Assembly: GCF_001194135.2 (NCBI RefSeq)
Contig: NC_068985.1
Location: forward strand, 30,505,992 to 30,569,991
DNA length: 64,000 nucleotides
Direction of reading: 5' to 3'
DNA from: Octopus bimaculoides
Lineage: Eukaryota
Below are positions 13,131 to 26,869 of the stretch, piece after piece. The translations under genes were made by a program, and so were the position numbers. Position 1 is the first letter of the stretch, and each line of letters starts with the position of its first letter. The notes below the pieces were generated by a model. It ran no database searches. It worked only from the letters and a program-made list of their open reading frames with translations, and had not been told where the DNA came from.

Positions 13131-13216
13131 CTTGGTTACTGGAGTGAAGATTGGATAATAACCGTGACAACGGCTATTACGCCAGAAATACATTTATGTA
13201 TATAAAATATATATGT

Positions 13217-13431
13217 AAGCTGGCAGGTTGGCAGAAACGTTACCACGCCGGGCGAAATGCTTAGCGGTATTTCATCTGCTGCTACGTTCTGAGTTCAAAT
13301 TCCACCGAGGTCGACTTTAACTTTCATCCTTTCGAGGTCGATAAATTAAGTACCAATTGCATACTGGGGCCGATCTAATCGACTGGTTCCCTCCCCCAAA
13401 ATTTCTGGCCTTGTGCCTAGAGTAGAAGATA
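13217..13431 (+). mobile_element. tRNA-headed SINE family B (~210 bp)
   Basis: tggcagaaacgtt...gttctgagttcaaattcc (B-box-like)...gccttgtgcctagagtagaag. More than 10 related copies in the window. Confidence 0.9.
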
Positions 13432-13792
13432 ATATATATGTGTACATATATGCATTCATACGTATACACATGTCTTTGTATATGGATATATTCATATTTA
13501 TATGCACGTATTTGTAAGTGCATATATGTGTTACGGCTATGTCAACAGCGATAAAAAGTATATTTCATATTTAAAATTCATGACAATCACACGCAAACGA
13601 ACATATATCTATCCATATATATGTTAGTATGTTTGTGCGTATATGTGTTCGTGCATGTGTGTTTGTGTGGGTGTATGTGTATATGTGCGTTTGCGTGTGC
13701 ATGTGTATTTGCACTTAATACTTGCCATACAGATAATACAACTGTATTGTTGACGTGTATAATTTCATGCTTACAAAATTTCTCGGTACAAA

Positions 13793-13823
<31 letters not shown>

Positions 13824-14067
13824 TGTGTGTGTCTGTGCGTGTGTGTGTGTGTGAGTGTCTGTATGTTTGTGTGTAAGTGTCAGTGTGCGTGTGTGTCAGT
13901 GTGCGTGTGTGTCTGTGTGTGCGGATGTATGTTTTCATGTCACACACTCAGAAACTTTGGTATATACACACTTACATAGACATATATATACAAACATATA
14001 TACAATTATACACACTGACAAACGCGTATGTGTTCGTGTGTGTGTGTGTGAGTGTGTGTGTGTGCGT

Positions 14068-14124
<57 letters not shown>

Positions 14125-14669
14125 GTGCACGCTTAGCTTTATGCATCGTAGAAAATAACTCTGTTATCTCAATGCGTCCATATGTTTGAGAAAATAGTAC
14201 AGTTAAGCGTTAAATAAGAGAGTTGGGAAATGTGAAAACAGCGAGTGGTATTTCAGATTTTTGCTGATGTTTGTTTGTATCCCATAGGTGACCACGTAGT
14301 TTATCCGCTAAAGCTAGCCGACTACGTAGATTTCCACGTAAACTCGACCCTCGGGGATTCTATCAGTGTATTAAGATAATTTGAAAATTTACCAGTTTGA
14401 AAAATGGCTCCCCAGAGTACGAATAACATTTTTGCCTTGAGCAAGGAAAACAGTCGCATAGAGTCACATACCAGTACAGTAGCTTAAACATTTACATATA
14501 GAAACAAGCATACACACGCAGACAAGCGAACATATGTGCGCGTGTGTCTGTTTGTCCGCGTGTGTCTGCTTCTATGTATTTGAATATGCAGATATATACG
14601 CATGTTTTGGTACATATCTATATATATGTAAGTGTGTATATATGCATGTGTGTGTACTCACACACACAC

Positions 14670-14709
<40 letters not shown>

Positions 14710-14929
14710 NNNNNNNNNNNNNNNNNNNNNNNNNNNNNNNNNNNNNNNNNNNNNNNNNNNNNNNNNNNNNNNNNNNNNNNNNNNNNNNNNNNNNNNNNNN
14801 NNNNNNNNNNNNNNNNNNNNNNNNNNNNNNNNNNNNNNNNNNNNNNNNNNNNNNNNNNNNNNNNNNNNNNNNNNNNNNNNNNNNNNNNNNNNNNNNNNNN
14901 NNNNNNNNNNNNNNNNNNNNNNNNNNNNN

Positions 14930-14960
<31 letters not shown>

Positions 14961-15775
14961 TATATATATATAAATTTATGTACATATATTTATATATGTA
15001 AATATATACATATAAATATTTAGATACGTGTATATATATACATGCATATATATCATATACATAAAAATACATATATATATATGTGTGTATGTGTGAGTAT
15101 ACGGATGTATAAATGTATATGCATATTTACGTATATGCATATATATATATATATTCATGTACGTATCTATATACATACATATATAGTATATACATGTATA
15201 TAAAGTTGTACATAAACTTCACACACACATATACATAAGCAAATATTTATAAGGAAACGATTATATTGCATATGCATATTTGCTTAAATATGCATGTGCA
15301 CACCTAAACATATGTGCATGAACATTTGTATATCAATTCTGACTGATAATAGTTTTTAGCTTCTACAGAAAGTTTAATGTCACTGAACAGCGAGTGTGAC
15401 TCTGTTACAGATTCGTTTGATAGAAACGTTATCCACACAGACGAGTGGCTGCCACACAATGTGATATAACTCTGTCGTTGTGGTTATGTATGGCCAACTT
15501 CATTTTGTTTACAAACTTTAGTGGAGTTTCTGGGCGGCGGGATTGTGAATATGGTAACATTTGCCTCTATAGCGCTTTGTTGAATCAAACATTGGACTGG
15601 GAACGAGATGAGCACAGGCTGCAGGCACATACCCTAAACTTTGGGGGACAATCAAAACGCTTCGAACATAATCCTGAAAATCTTCATTGCCAGAACCAGT
15701 GAACTTACAAACAGTTTTGGATTGATTTGAAAAATTGCCTTTCCATATTTGGATTTATTTGATAATTATTATTAA

Positions 15776-15831
<56 letters not shown>

Positions 15832-15837
15832 TTTTCG

Positions 15838-15868
<31 letters not shown>

Positions 15869-15881
15869 TATTATTATTATT

Positions 15882-16084
15882 AAGGCGGCGAGCTGACGGA
15901 TTCGTTAGTACGCTAGACGATATGCTTAGCAGTATTTCGCCCGTCGCTGCGTTCGGAATTCAAATTCCGCTGAGGTCGACTTTACCTCTCATGCTTTTGG
16001 GGGTCGGTAAATTAAGTACTGGGGTCGATGTATTCGACTTTACCCTTCCCCAAAATTTCAGGCCTTGTGCCTATAATAGAAAGG

Positions 16085-16152
<68 letters not shown>

Positions 16153-16600
16153 GGCGGCGAGCTGGCAGAATCGTTAACACGCGGGAAAGAATGCTTGGCG
16201 GCGTTTTGGTCCGTCTTTACGTCCTGAGTTCAAATTTCGACGGGGTCAACTTTACTTTTCATCAATTCGCGGTTGATGAAATAAATACCAGTAATGCACT
16301 GGGGTCATGGTAATCAACTTATCCCCCACCACAAAAAAACACACAAATTTCAGGCCTTGTGACTATAGTAGAAAGGATTATCATTATTATACCTGAAGGT
16401 GGCGAGCTAGCAGAATTATCAGCAAGGCAGCCAAAATGCTTTGCAGTATTTCGACCGTCTTTACGTTCTGGCCGGGGCCGACTTTGCCTTTCGTCCTTTC
16501 GGGGCCGATAAATTAAATACCAGTTGCATATTGAGCTCGATCTAATCGACTGGCCCCCTACCCAAAAAATTCGGGCCTTATCCGTAGAGTACAAAAGATT
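15882..16600 (+). mobile_element. Three head-to-tail SINE B copies (15882-16086, 16151-16379, 16395-16600) separated by (ATT)n tracts
   Basis: Each starts aagg(c/t)ggcgagct and ends ...agt/atagaaa(a)gatt(att)n. Copies are mutually diverged. Confidence 0.9.
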
Positions 16601-16618
16601 ATTATTATTATTATTATT

Positions 16619-17178
16619 GAGCGAGAGAGCAGTGCATGCCATCAAAGTGACACTGGGATAAAATATACGAAGCCCATTATACCCATCATGACTATCCGTC
16701 TGATAAGGGTACACCAGGCACATGCATCACAACCATATGTACTCGACATGGTGATTTCATATCAAGATAAACAGCGCATGACTTCGCAGGTGGGGCTCAG
16801 TTAGAATTTTCTTCAGGTCGAATAGCTCATCCCGCTCAAAAGGTCCCTGAATAAAGTTTGTTTAAGGATGTTGAGCAAAACACCCATGTTTCCAAAGGTG
16901 AATTATTCAAACCCCAAAGAATTCCTCTCAACACATGGCTATGATGCTCCCCCACTACTTCTGCTCGTGATCAGAGATGCACATATCGTCAGCCACCAAG
17001 GGACATGCTCAACTGGTTAAGGTCAAACAACTGAGAAGCAAAAGTGTGCTATTAAGCAGAATATTTGCTGTAGCCCATTTTTTTAATACCAAGACAAAAC
17101 CATGTACATGATAACATTTTCAATCAATTAAGATCAGAAGCCATGAGAGCCGCCACTGCCTGGTACTGCATCCGGGTA
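16619..17178 (-). mobile_element. ~560-bp non-coding interspersed element inserted in (ATT)n; no TIR, no tRNA head; strand inferred from (AAT)n tail
   Basis: Higher-GC complex sequence gagcgagagagcagtgcatgcc...cctggtactgcatccgggta bounded by ATT repeats on both sides. I recall it as an octopus repeat; class unassigned. Confidence 0.6.
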
Positions 17179-17219
17179 TTTATTATTATTTTTTTTTTCT
17201 TTTGTTGTTATTATTCCTC

Positions 17220-17445
17220 ATAGTGGCGAGCTGGGAGAATCATTCACACGCCAAGCAAAATGTTTAGCAGCTTTTCATTCGTCATCACGTTTAGTGTTTA
17301 GATACCACCGAAGTAGATTTTCTGTTTTTTTCCTTTTATCCTTTCGGCGTCGATAACATAAGTAGCAGTTGAGCACTGAAGTCGATGTAATGGACTTAAC
17401 TTCCTTCCATCCAAACTGTCTACTTTGTACCAAAATTTGAAAGCT
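17220..17445 (+). mobile_element. Diverged SINE B copy
   Basis: tagtggcgagctgggagaatcatt...atcctttcggcgtcgat...ccaaaatttgaaa. Confidence 0.7.
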
Positions 17446-17627
17446 GTGTTTGTTTTGATATAGGGAGTTTCTTTTTTTTTAATCAACTTTTGTTTCTAAA
17501 TAGTTTGGGACCTGAGTTTGTACCCACTAAGCAAATTTTGTCCCCGCATTCATATTGTTATCTGGGATGTGATTTTTCAGTTCTCTAGTTAAAAGATGCA
17601 GAGATTGCTGAAATATGAAAACTAAAG

Positions 17628-17665
<38 letters not shown>

Positions 17666-17814
17666 ACACACGTATATATATATAGATTTCTATAGGCTCC
17701 TAGATTTCTTGGGTTTGAAAGCCATTCTGCACCAGATAATCAAATCATCTATTTGGTTGAGCAGATTTCGGGTTTCTGACCCCTTAGATACAAGGATAGT
17801 AGTGTCGTCCATTT

Positions 17815-18150
17815 AGGCTTTTACGGGTAGCATCTTACCAAGGTCTACTGCACTTGCTTTGTTTTCTACTGTCCTGAGAAGTAACTGCATTATATTCACG
17901 AAGAGTATTGGTGACACTGCACATCCCATCGCAACTCCAACCTCCAAAGGAGGTCAAGCAGTTGGGTATCTCTTGGTGCTGAACCGCATCTGAAACCTCG
18001 AGAAGCATTTTGCGTATTGCTCCTGGTACATGATACATCTGGAGTGCTAGTTGAACCATCTGATGAAGCACATAGCGATACGCGTTTGCTAGAACTAATC
18101 AGATTACATCAAGATCAGTATAGGTCTCCCTTGCCATCTGAATAGCTATT
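17815..18150 (-). mobile_element. Hero-like (early-branching, REL-endonuclease type) LINE reverse-transcriptase fragment
   Basis: Minus frames give DLDVI*LVLANAY..VLHQMVQLALQMYHVPGAIRKML / MRFSTKRYPTA*PPLEVGVAMGCAVSPILFVNIMQLLLR, matching the DL.NAYGSVPH...LE.GI.MGC.ISPILF signature. Confidence 0.75.
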
Positions 18151-18169
18151 GTCATTTACATTTATCCAA

Positions 18170-18440
18170 AACTCGATGGGAAATTTCCAAGTATGAATTC
18201 ATTTTAAAGCATTTATTACTTTGGTACGATAACATCATGTTTTCCACATGAAATTTCTGCTACATATCGATGCGTTTATTTCGGAGATGTGTACGTAGTG
18301 ACAATAACATGTCACCTGATGTCGCTAGGTGATCAAACCTTACGTAGACGTAAATACTGATGGAGAAAAGAAAGTTTCAGATCGTATATAAAAAAAGAAA
18401 AAAATGTCGGAAAATTTATAATCTCATTAGCAACTTTCAG
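18170..18440. mobile_element. Possible old mariner-derived MITE remnant
   Basis: Phrases such as ggaaaatttcc...tcatgttttccacatgaaatttc...cggaaaattt resemble mariner non-coding ends. TIRs not resolved. Confidence 0.3.
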
Positions 18441-19140
18441 ACATTTAGACATTTACAGTAATCGAATTTAAAGTGAACTAATACTGAAATAATTTTAAGG
18501 TACCTTCAACTGAATTTAAAATAAAGCGAGAAAATAAAAAGCTACTACTAATTAACACTTTGATATGAGTAAAATCCTCAGACGTTGAGTTGAAAAATAG
18601 GAAGCAAATAACAAATTCAACGAACGTAGACATCAACATTCAGAGTTCTTGTTTGTTTTTCCCTTTCTCTCTCTCTCTCTCTCTTTCACTCTTTCTCTCT
18701 TTCTCACTCTCCCTCCTCGTCTCTTCCCTCCTTGTCCTTCTCTCTCTCCCCACCACGTAGTTTCCCTTCTTTCTTTCATTTTTTATTGAATGAAATTCTG
18801 GTTTGCGCAAGAACCTATTCGCTTAAGTTTTAAAATTTTCACCACTTTTAAGACGCATTTATACAATCGGCGTCTTCCTCGTTGAGAGCGCCCACATTGA
18901 CCTGACTGAATACGTGTACAGTACCCATGAAGATGTAGACTGGCTGACGGCAAATATTTGCTTTCGTGTTGCAAGTTATTCTGTGGTTTTGTGTCGCTGC
19001 TACGAATTTCTCTATTTGTTTCTCCTGAATTCGGAAATTAGCTGTTGGAATTATTTCTACGATGTGTGTTCAAAAACATTCTGACTTTATATTTTCTCGC
19101 CAAAACTAATGCCGCTTGGCCAAAATCCTTTGGTTGAGAC

Positions 19141-19320
19141 GTGATGTCACTCTTCCTGCGCATGCACTAAAACTTTCGCGGCGGCAGGCCGTTTCAGCTC
19201 CCGATTGTTTCTGGTCTTTGCTTAATGCGTTCGGTCATCTTGCCTGAAGACGAAAATCCGACAACCACGAACTACAGGTATGTACTGTAGGTGTAACAAC
19301 CGGGAAGTGATGCGGCCTAT
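19141..19320 (+). promoter_or_regulatory. CpG-rich promoter-like island with candidate non-coding first exon ending at donor CAG|GTATGT (19277/19278)
   Basis: NRF1-like TGCGCATGCA (19157-19166) next to CTTCC, ETS-like CGGGAAGTG (~19301), ACTACA motif and gtgatgtcac, in a locally GC/CpG-rich patch. Confidence 0.5.
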
Positions 19321-22300
19321 CGGAGCAAAAGTTTTCACACAAGTACAGGAAGGATGGTGTCACCTTCTACCTAAGGGATTTTGCCCACGCGGCATTAGTT
19401 TTGACAGGAAAAAATAAAGTCGGTTACTTTTTGAACGTACCTCATAATTGTATTTTTATCATTTATTGATACTTTTTATGGCAATCTGTTTTATTACCAA
19501 TTTGCCACTTTAAGTCACTGCAAATTTTGTCCTGTTTTATATTACATACTAGTACTGTCTACAACAGAACTGTTGTCATTCTAGGGTACCACCTTTGAAT
19601 TTTCGTAGTTATTGTACCGTCTTATTTTTTCACGAAACGCTAAATTACAAGGGCGTGCACAATGCAAGATAAATCCAAGGTAAATCTAAGAAAACTGGCA
19701 TTTGAAATGTATATAATACATTCCACACAATGCTTCATACTAACTATTCCATACATATTTATACATATATGTATGATATATATATATATATATATAAATA
19801 TACATATATATATATATGTATGTATACACACACACACACACACACACACACANNNNNNNNNNNNNNNNNNNNNNNNNNNNNNNNNNNNNNNNNNNNNNNN
19901 NNNNNNNNNNNNNNNNNNNNNNNNNNNNNNNNNNNNNNNNNNNNNNNNNNNNNNNNNNNNNNNNNNNNNNNNNNNNNNNNNNNNNNNNNNNNNNNNNNNN
20001 NNNNNNNNNNNNNNNNNNNNNNNNNNNNNNNNNNNNNNNNNNNNNNNNNNNNNNNNNNNNNNNNNNNNNNNNNNNNNNNNNNNNNNNNNNNNNNNNNNNN
20101 NNNNNNNNNNNNNNNNNNNNNNNNNNNNNNNNNNNNNNNNNNNNNNNNNNNNNNNNNNNNNNNNNNNNNNNNNNNNNNNNNNNNNNNNNNNNNNNNNNNN
20201 NNNNNNNNNNNNNNNNTATATATATATTGAATATATATGTATATATTGATATATATATGTGTATACAAGCACACACATACGCACATATGTATACGTGTGT
20301 GTGTGCGTGTGTGTGTGTGCGTGTGTGTGTGTGTGTGTGTGCGTTTGTGTGTGTACATGTGAAACATATAATATAGTATATCAATATACATAAATATACT
20401 CATATAGAAGATGTATATTTGTATTATTTGCTAATGTTGATCAATTCGTAGTGAACAATAAAAGCATAATTGTTCGTGGTGGGACTCCACGTATTTTCTA
20501 AAGTGAAATTCGTTGATAATATTGATTTGACTTGGCTGTAATATTGTATTCTACCTGTCAACTTGGTGCCATTTCGGTTGAATAAGCCATTAATAGCGAC
20601 ATATGAAGTCTCAATCAAATTAATATTATCAATAAATATATGTGGCGCGTGAGTATGTGTTTATGTGCAGTGGGTATATATATATATATATATNNNNNNN
20701 NNNNNNNNNNNNNNNNNNNNNNNNNNNNNNNNNNNNNNNNNNNNNNNNNNNNNNNNNNNNNNNNNNNNNNNNNNNNNNNNNNNNNNNNNNNNNNNNNNNN
20801 NNNNNNNNNNNNNNNNNNNNNNNNNNNNNNNNNNNNNNNNNNNNNNNNNNNNNNNNNNNNNNNNNNNNNNNNNNNNNNNNNNNNNNNNNNNNNNNNNNNN
20901 NNNNNNNNNNNNNNNNNNNNNNNNNNNNNNNNNNNNNNNNNNNNNNNNNNNNNNNNNNNNNNNNNNNNNNNNNNNNNNNNNNNNNNNNNNNNNNNNNNNN
21001 NNNNNNNNNNNNNNNNNNNNNNNNNNNNNNNNNNNNNNNNNNNNNNNNNNNNNNNNNNNNNNNNNNNNNNNNNNNNNNNNNNNNNNNNNNNNNNNNNNNN
21101 NNNNNNNNNNNNNNNNNNNNNNNNNNNNNNNNNNNNNNNNNNNNNNNNNNNNNNNNNNNNNNNNNNNNNNNNNCCGACAGCAACTGCTTAGTTATTTTAT
21201 TCATTAGATTAGACCGTATTTCGTGATAGAGTGAAAGAGAAAAAAATTTTACTTTAAAGATTGAAATCGCTGATGTTTCGTTTAAATATGTCATTATATA
21301 CACAATGCGTTGTTTGTATACAGGAATATTATCACATGAAACTTGTTGATTTCTGTATGTGCATGTTTAGAAAGTCTTTGTGTTTAAGTGTACACTGTTT
21401 TGTGGATTAACTTACGCATGTGAACATCTAGCAACGTTTGTTTTAGACTAATTTTAAGATAGGTGAATTGTTACATACATTTAGCATCAATGGTATAATA
21501 TTTTAGCTATTCATATTAGAAATAACGTCCATCTTTTATTTTTCTACTGTTCTATTTTTAATCTTCTATTTCCATTGACAGATAATGCAAATAGTGACAT
21601 TTATGCAGATGTATTAATGTATTAATGTAGCTTCATATCTTAAAATGCTGGAAGGTCACCTATCTATAAGGGAGGATGCGTACCCGATTGACTGAATTAA
21701 ATCCCAGCCCGAGAGTAGTAGTTGTTTTATAGACACCCATAGGAATTGGAAAATGTAATGAAAGCCAGAAGCATTTTAAAATGAAAACATAAACAGAGAA
21801 ACCTTAATGTTGCTTTGTACCATACATCGGCCTACGCTTCTAATGTACAGTAGAGACTTAACGGCTCTTCGTAGGATTAAATGATAAATATACACAACAT
21901 GAAATATGTCCTATCAACCAACAAACCTGTACATATTATTCTGACCAATTCTCTATTAATAACATCTAAGTTAATATCAGAATATTTCCACATCTAAACT
22001 CATTATTTAAATTTCTATTAGAAAAGGATTTAAGCAAATTACGGATGTGTACATAATGTGCATATGACAAAGGCTTCTTTAAATGATTATCTCTTTTGTA
22101 AGTCTTTCATATAAAGTTGGGTTTTTTTGTTTTGTTTTGTGTTGTTTTTTGTTTTTTTGTTTTTTGCCAGCATCCACACTTTGACAAAAAGACACGCATT
22201 CTCTGTTCAATTAGTGAATTAATTCTATAAATAAATTTAAATCGAAAAGCGAAATTCAATTTAATTTGTATGTATTCTGCAAAGTATAAATGAATAAATA

Positions 22301-22729
22301 GCAAACTGATTGTGGATATTCTGGGAAATATTCTGCAGTTACAGAGTTTATTAAATACACAAACCATATCTAGAAAATTCAACAGAACAAACGTAAATGG
22401 AACAGTTTTGTACTGATTCAAATTTACGCCGAAGCAGCATCACAAAAAAGTACTCTACTAGACCGCCATAATTTTCAATAAATATTACGTCTCGCAATCA
22501 GTGAGGATCTCTTTTGAGGACGACACATGTAAAACATTGGTCTATCAGATCTTCATTCACTAGAATCCCTTATCAAAGTCAAAAACTAATTCAGCTTTGA
22601 CCAGTGGTATCATTTTCACTTATATCATCTATTTGAGAAGATGATACTGACACAAATACCCGACAGCACATCGAAAATATATCAATTGGATAATTGGAAA
22701 ATATCCACTAACCAACGTAGCATACTCAC

Positions 22730-22792
22730 CAGTTCACACATACGCACTGTTCTCTTTGTACTTCAACCACTAATGAAACTAGGGCGTCTTCC
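22730..22792 (-). other. Candidate 63-bp exon (5'UTR or start-containing, ...ATG TGT GAA CTG|GT)
   Basis: Acceptor ttttacttttacAG and donor GTGAGTA, both near consensus. Higher GC than flanks. No product assignable. Confidence 0.35.
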
Positions 22793-23394
22793 CTGTAAAA
22801 GTAAAATGCTAATCGCATCTCCTCAAGAAGCATCCAATACACATTTTATCGTCCACTCGTCATCCTGACTGTTTCATTATCCAAGCATTTCTTTCTAGCT
22901 TCACTCCCGACTGAAATTTCGTCTATGCTCACATCTTTCTTATTGACACTAAGCAACTAGAATCCCAGCTCAACCTTTAATTTTATCAATTTCACTACTT
23001 CAGTATAATTTTCCATGGGCATTCTCTGCCCTACTCCTACAAAATAATAATAAAATATATTGGAAATACATACTTTATGGTGTGCATTTTTATTGCTTTC
23101 CGATTCTAAGTTTAAATAACCATCTTTATCCTTAACCTAGTATATAAGATGAATATCAGAAGTACATAATAAAACTTCATTGCACAGATGTCATCTCAGG
23201 CTGACAAAGTTATGTAATTTCAATACTACGAATAACAACAGTAAATATTAATTTATACTAAATGCAAATTTTTCATTTGACATCACCGTTTCATAATAGC
23301 GTACATACATCCATATACACTTACATATATGCGTAGAAATTGCTGCTTTATGATATGCATACGTACATACATACATCGACACATACGTGCATCC

Positions 23395-23451
<57 letters not shown>

Positions 23452-25095
23452 CTTACATAAACACACGCATAGATACTTTAATACTTGCATATGTATATAT
23501 GTATATAAATACGTGTATACCGAAGATAGTTACTAAACAAGTGACAGATATTTGAGATAAGAATGTCTCTAAGCCTGCATGTGATGTAAAATATTGATTG
23601 TATCATAAAAGTGGAAGATACCCTTCATATTATAAGCAGTAACCAAAACATGCCTGCAAGATATTACCTTCTTTCATCAAACGTAGCATTATTGCTAAAA
23701 CGAATCTATGTACAGGAAGAATTGCAAAATGCACACTAAATCTAAATTGTATCTACTTTAAAAATAATATAAACCAATGCAAAATTCCAATAAAAATAAT
23801 TCGGTAAAAACATATCGGATCTCATATTATTTTATGAGTCAGAGAACAAAAGTCGTGCACTGTCGTAGAGAGAGTCTACATATGGAATGTGAGTGTTTCC
23901 TTTAAAGTTGTAGAGAAATAGGACGCCTAAGGTGAATAAATTCAGAACTTTTAGTTCATGTATTCAGGCTATAAATTCTTATTTGTAGCTATTATTCACT
24001 GCGCTATGTAACAAAAGATACGTACAAAAACCTAGAAAAGCTAGACTTGCAATTTGAAAATTGATCATTTAGTAAAAATTTATGATATATATTCCAAATA
24101 TTTTCCATCGAAGTTTTCTTGAATCATCGTAAACATAGAATCGCTTGTGTGTATATGGCAAGTACATACACATATGCATAAAAAGCAATCACCCATTTAA
24201 CTTATGTATTCACAAAAACCTAGAACTGACTTGATCTACGTATATGAACACACTAGCTCACATAATTACACTTAACTAAAACTGACTTGATTTTCATATA
24301 TGCACACATTATCTCATATATTCACAAATACCTGGAACTCGTTTGACTATTAATATATGTACACTTTAAATCATATAGTCACTCAGACAAATTGAATTTG
24401 GAAAGAAACCTTTCTCTTTGGAAATTGACTGGTTTGAAATCTGTGAGATACAAAAGAAGCACACATGCATGCCCATTTAAGTACATACTCACGTGCCGCG
24501 CACACGCGCGCTTATACATGGAGAATGAATGAGTAATGGTTAGTTGAAACGTGCTCAGTACAAAAATAAACGTAGGGCGCAGAAAACAACCCGTATGAAA
24601 ATGTGGAGGAGCAGAGAGAAGCGTAACTGATCGAGTCGAAGTAGAGGCGAAAAGAGGAAATGGACGATAGAGATGTGAATGGTTACGGGTCACGTGGTAG
24701 TGAGAGGAGAGAGAAAAGTGATGGAGAGCAGAGGGACAGAAGCAACACAGAGGAAAGTGTTACAGAGGGAAAGAGAGAGGGAGAAGGCAGAAAGAGAAAG
24801 GGAGGAAGGCAAAAGAGAGTCAAAAAAGGAAGAAGTGACGGAAACGGATGTCACAAAAATGTTCAACTAAATATCCTACAGAATGAGCAAAACAATAAGA
24901 AATGCGTGGCGTTGCACATTTGATCTTTTGGACGAAGACTGGTGAGGAATTAACAACAACATTTTCGTTTGTTGCGTTTTTGATAATGTTTTGGAACATT
25001 ATTTAAAATAACGCTACGCACTTTCTCATTATTTTTTTACTCAATCTGTAGAATATCTAGTCGTATGTATGTACGCATGTATGTATGCATACATG

Positions 25096-25143
<48 letters not shown>

Positions 25144-25621
25144 NNNNNNNNNNNNNNNNNNNNNNNNNNNNNNNNNNNNNNNNNNNNNNNNNNNNNNNNN
25201 NNNNNNNNNNNNNNNNNNNNNNNNNNNNNNNNNNNNNNNNNNNNNNNNNNNNNNNNNNNNNNNNNNNNNNNNNNNNNNNNNNNNNNNNNNNNNNNNNNNN
25301 NNNNNNNNNNNNNNNNNNNNNNNNNNNNNNNNNNNNNNNNNNNNNNNNNNNNNNNNNNNNNNNNNNNNNNNNNNNNNNNNNNNNNNNNNNNNNNNNNNNN
25401 NNNNNNNNNNNNNNNNNNNNNNNNNNNNNNNNNNNNNNNNNNNNNNNNNNNNNNNNNNNNNNNNNNNNNNNNNNNNNNNNNNNNNNNNNNNNNNNNNNNN
25501 NNNNNNNNNNNNNNNNNNNNNNNNNNNNNNNNNNNNNNNNNNNNNNNNNNNNNNNNNNNNNNNNNNNNNNNNNNNNNNNNNNNNNNNNNNNNNNNNNNNN
25601 NNNNNNNNNNNNNNNNNNNNN

Positions 25622-25911
25622 TAGTACTTATTCTATAGGTCACTTTTACCGAACCGCTATGTTACGGGGACGTAAACACAACCAACGTTGGTTGTGAAGC
25701 GATGTTGGGGGGGGGGGGGATAAACGGACACAGAAACATATACATACATATACGACGGGCTTCTTCCAGTTTCCGAATACCAAATCCACTCACAAGGCTT
25801 TGGTCGGCCCGAAGCTATAGTAGAAGACACTTGCCCAAGGTGCCACGCAGAGGGACTGAACCCGGGACCATATGGTTGGTAAGCAAGCTACTTACCACAC
25901 AGCCACTCCTA
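25622..25911 (-). mobile_element. SINE family A copy (3' end in gap)
   Basis: tagtacttattctatagg...accacacagccactcct. Confidence 0.85.
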
Positions 25912-25914
25912 CAC

Positions 25915-25969
<55 letters not shown>

Positions 25970-26121
25970 GTTATTATTATTATTATTCATTTATCTGATA
26001 CGCATATATAAATACATATATACATACATGCATACATAGATAAGAATACACACACATATATATATATAACTACCATAATAAATGTTTCGGCGTTTTCTAA
26101 AAACCCAATAAACTATATCGA

Positions 26122-26220
<99 letters not shown>

Positions 26221-26371
26221 GCACGAACATACACACAAACACACACACACACATATGCAAACACACACATGCACATTCACACACACACAAGTCGAGAATG
26301 TAAGCTATTTATAGGCAACTCAGATGTTTATTTCATAATTTCCTGTCATTTGCTGCTGAATTTATTATTAC

Positions 26372-26420
<49 letters not shown>

Positions 26421-26532
26421 GTTATTGTTATTATTATTCATTTATCTAATGCACATATATATACATATATACATACATGCATACATAGATAAGAATACAC
26501 ACACATATATATAAATGTATACATATATATGT

Positions 26533-26617
<85 letters not shown>

Positions 26618-26829
26618 TGTGTGCGCGCGTGTGTGTGTATGTATGTATGGATGTAGGTATTATGATATCATTCCATATGTATATATGTAAATGTATTTTC
26701 CTGTGTCTAGATTCTAAATGAACTGGTAATGAAGAGAAGATGTGTGTGTACATGTTCGCGTTATGTTTCTGTAAGCGTCTAGGTCTATTGATTGTCTGTC
26801 ATTGCATATTTATGTCTGTATGCGTGCGC

Positions 26830-26869
<40 letters not shown>

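Noticed and set aside
15770-16600. Regular repeat-spacer pattern suggestive of a CRISPR-like array
   Set aside because: Units are ~210-bp SINEs and the spacers are ATT microsatellite tails, in eukaryotic DNA with no cas genes.
19240-19260. CTGAAGA-C-GAAA hammerhead-like words
   Set aside because: No stem II, stem III or stem I pairing and no NUH site.
20424-20618. 64-aa minus ORF with N-glycosylation sequons
   Set aside because: No credible acceptor or start, and AT-rich. Insufficient support.
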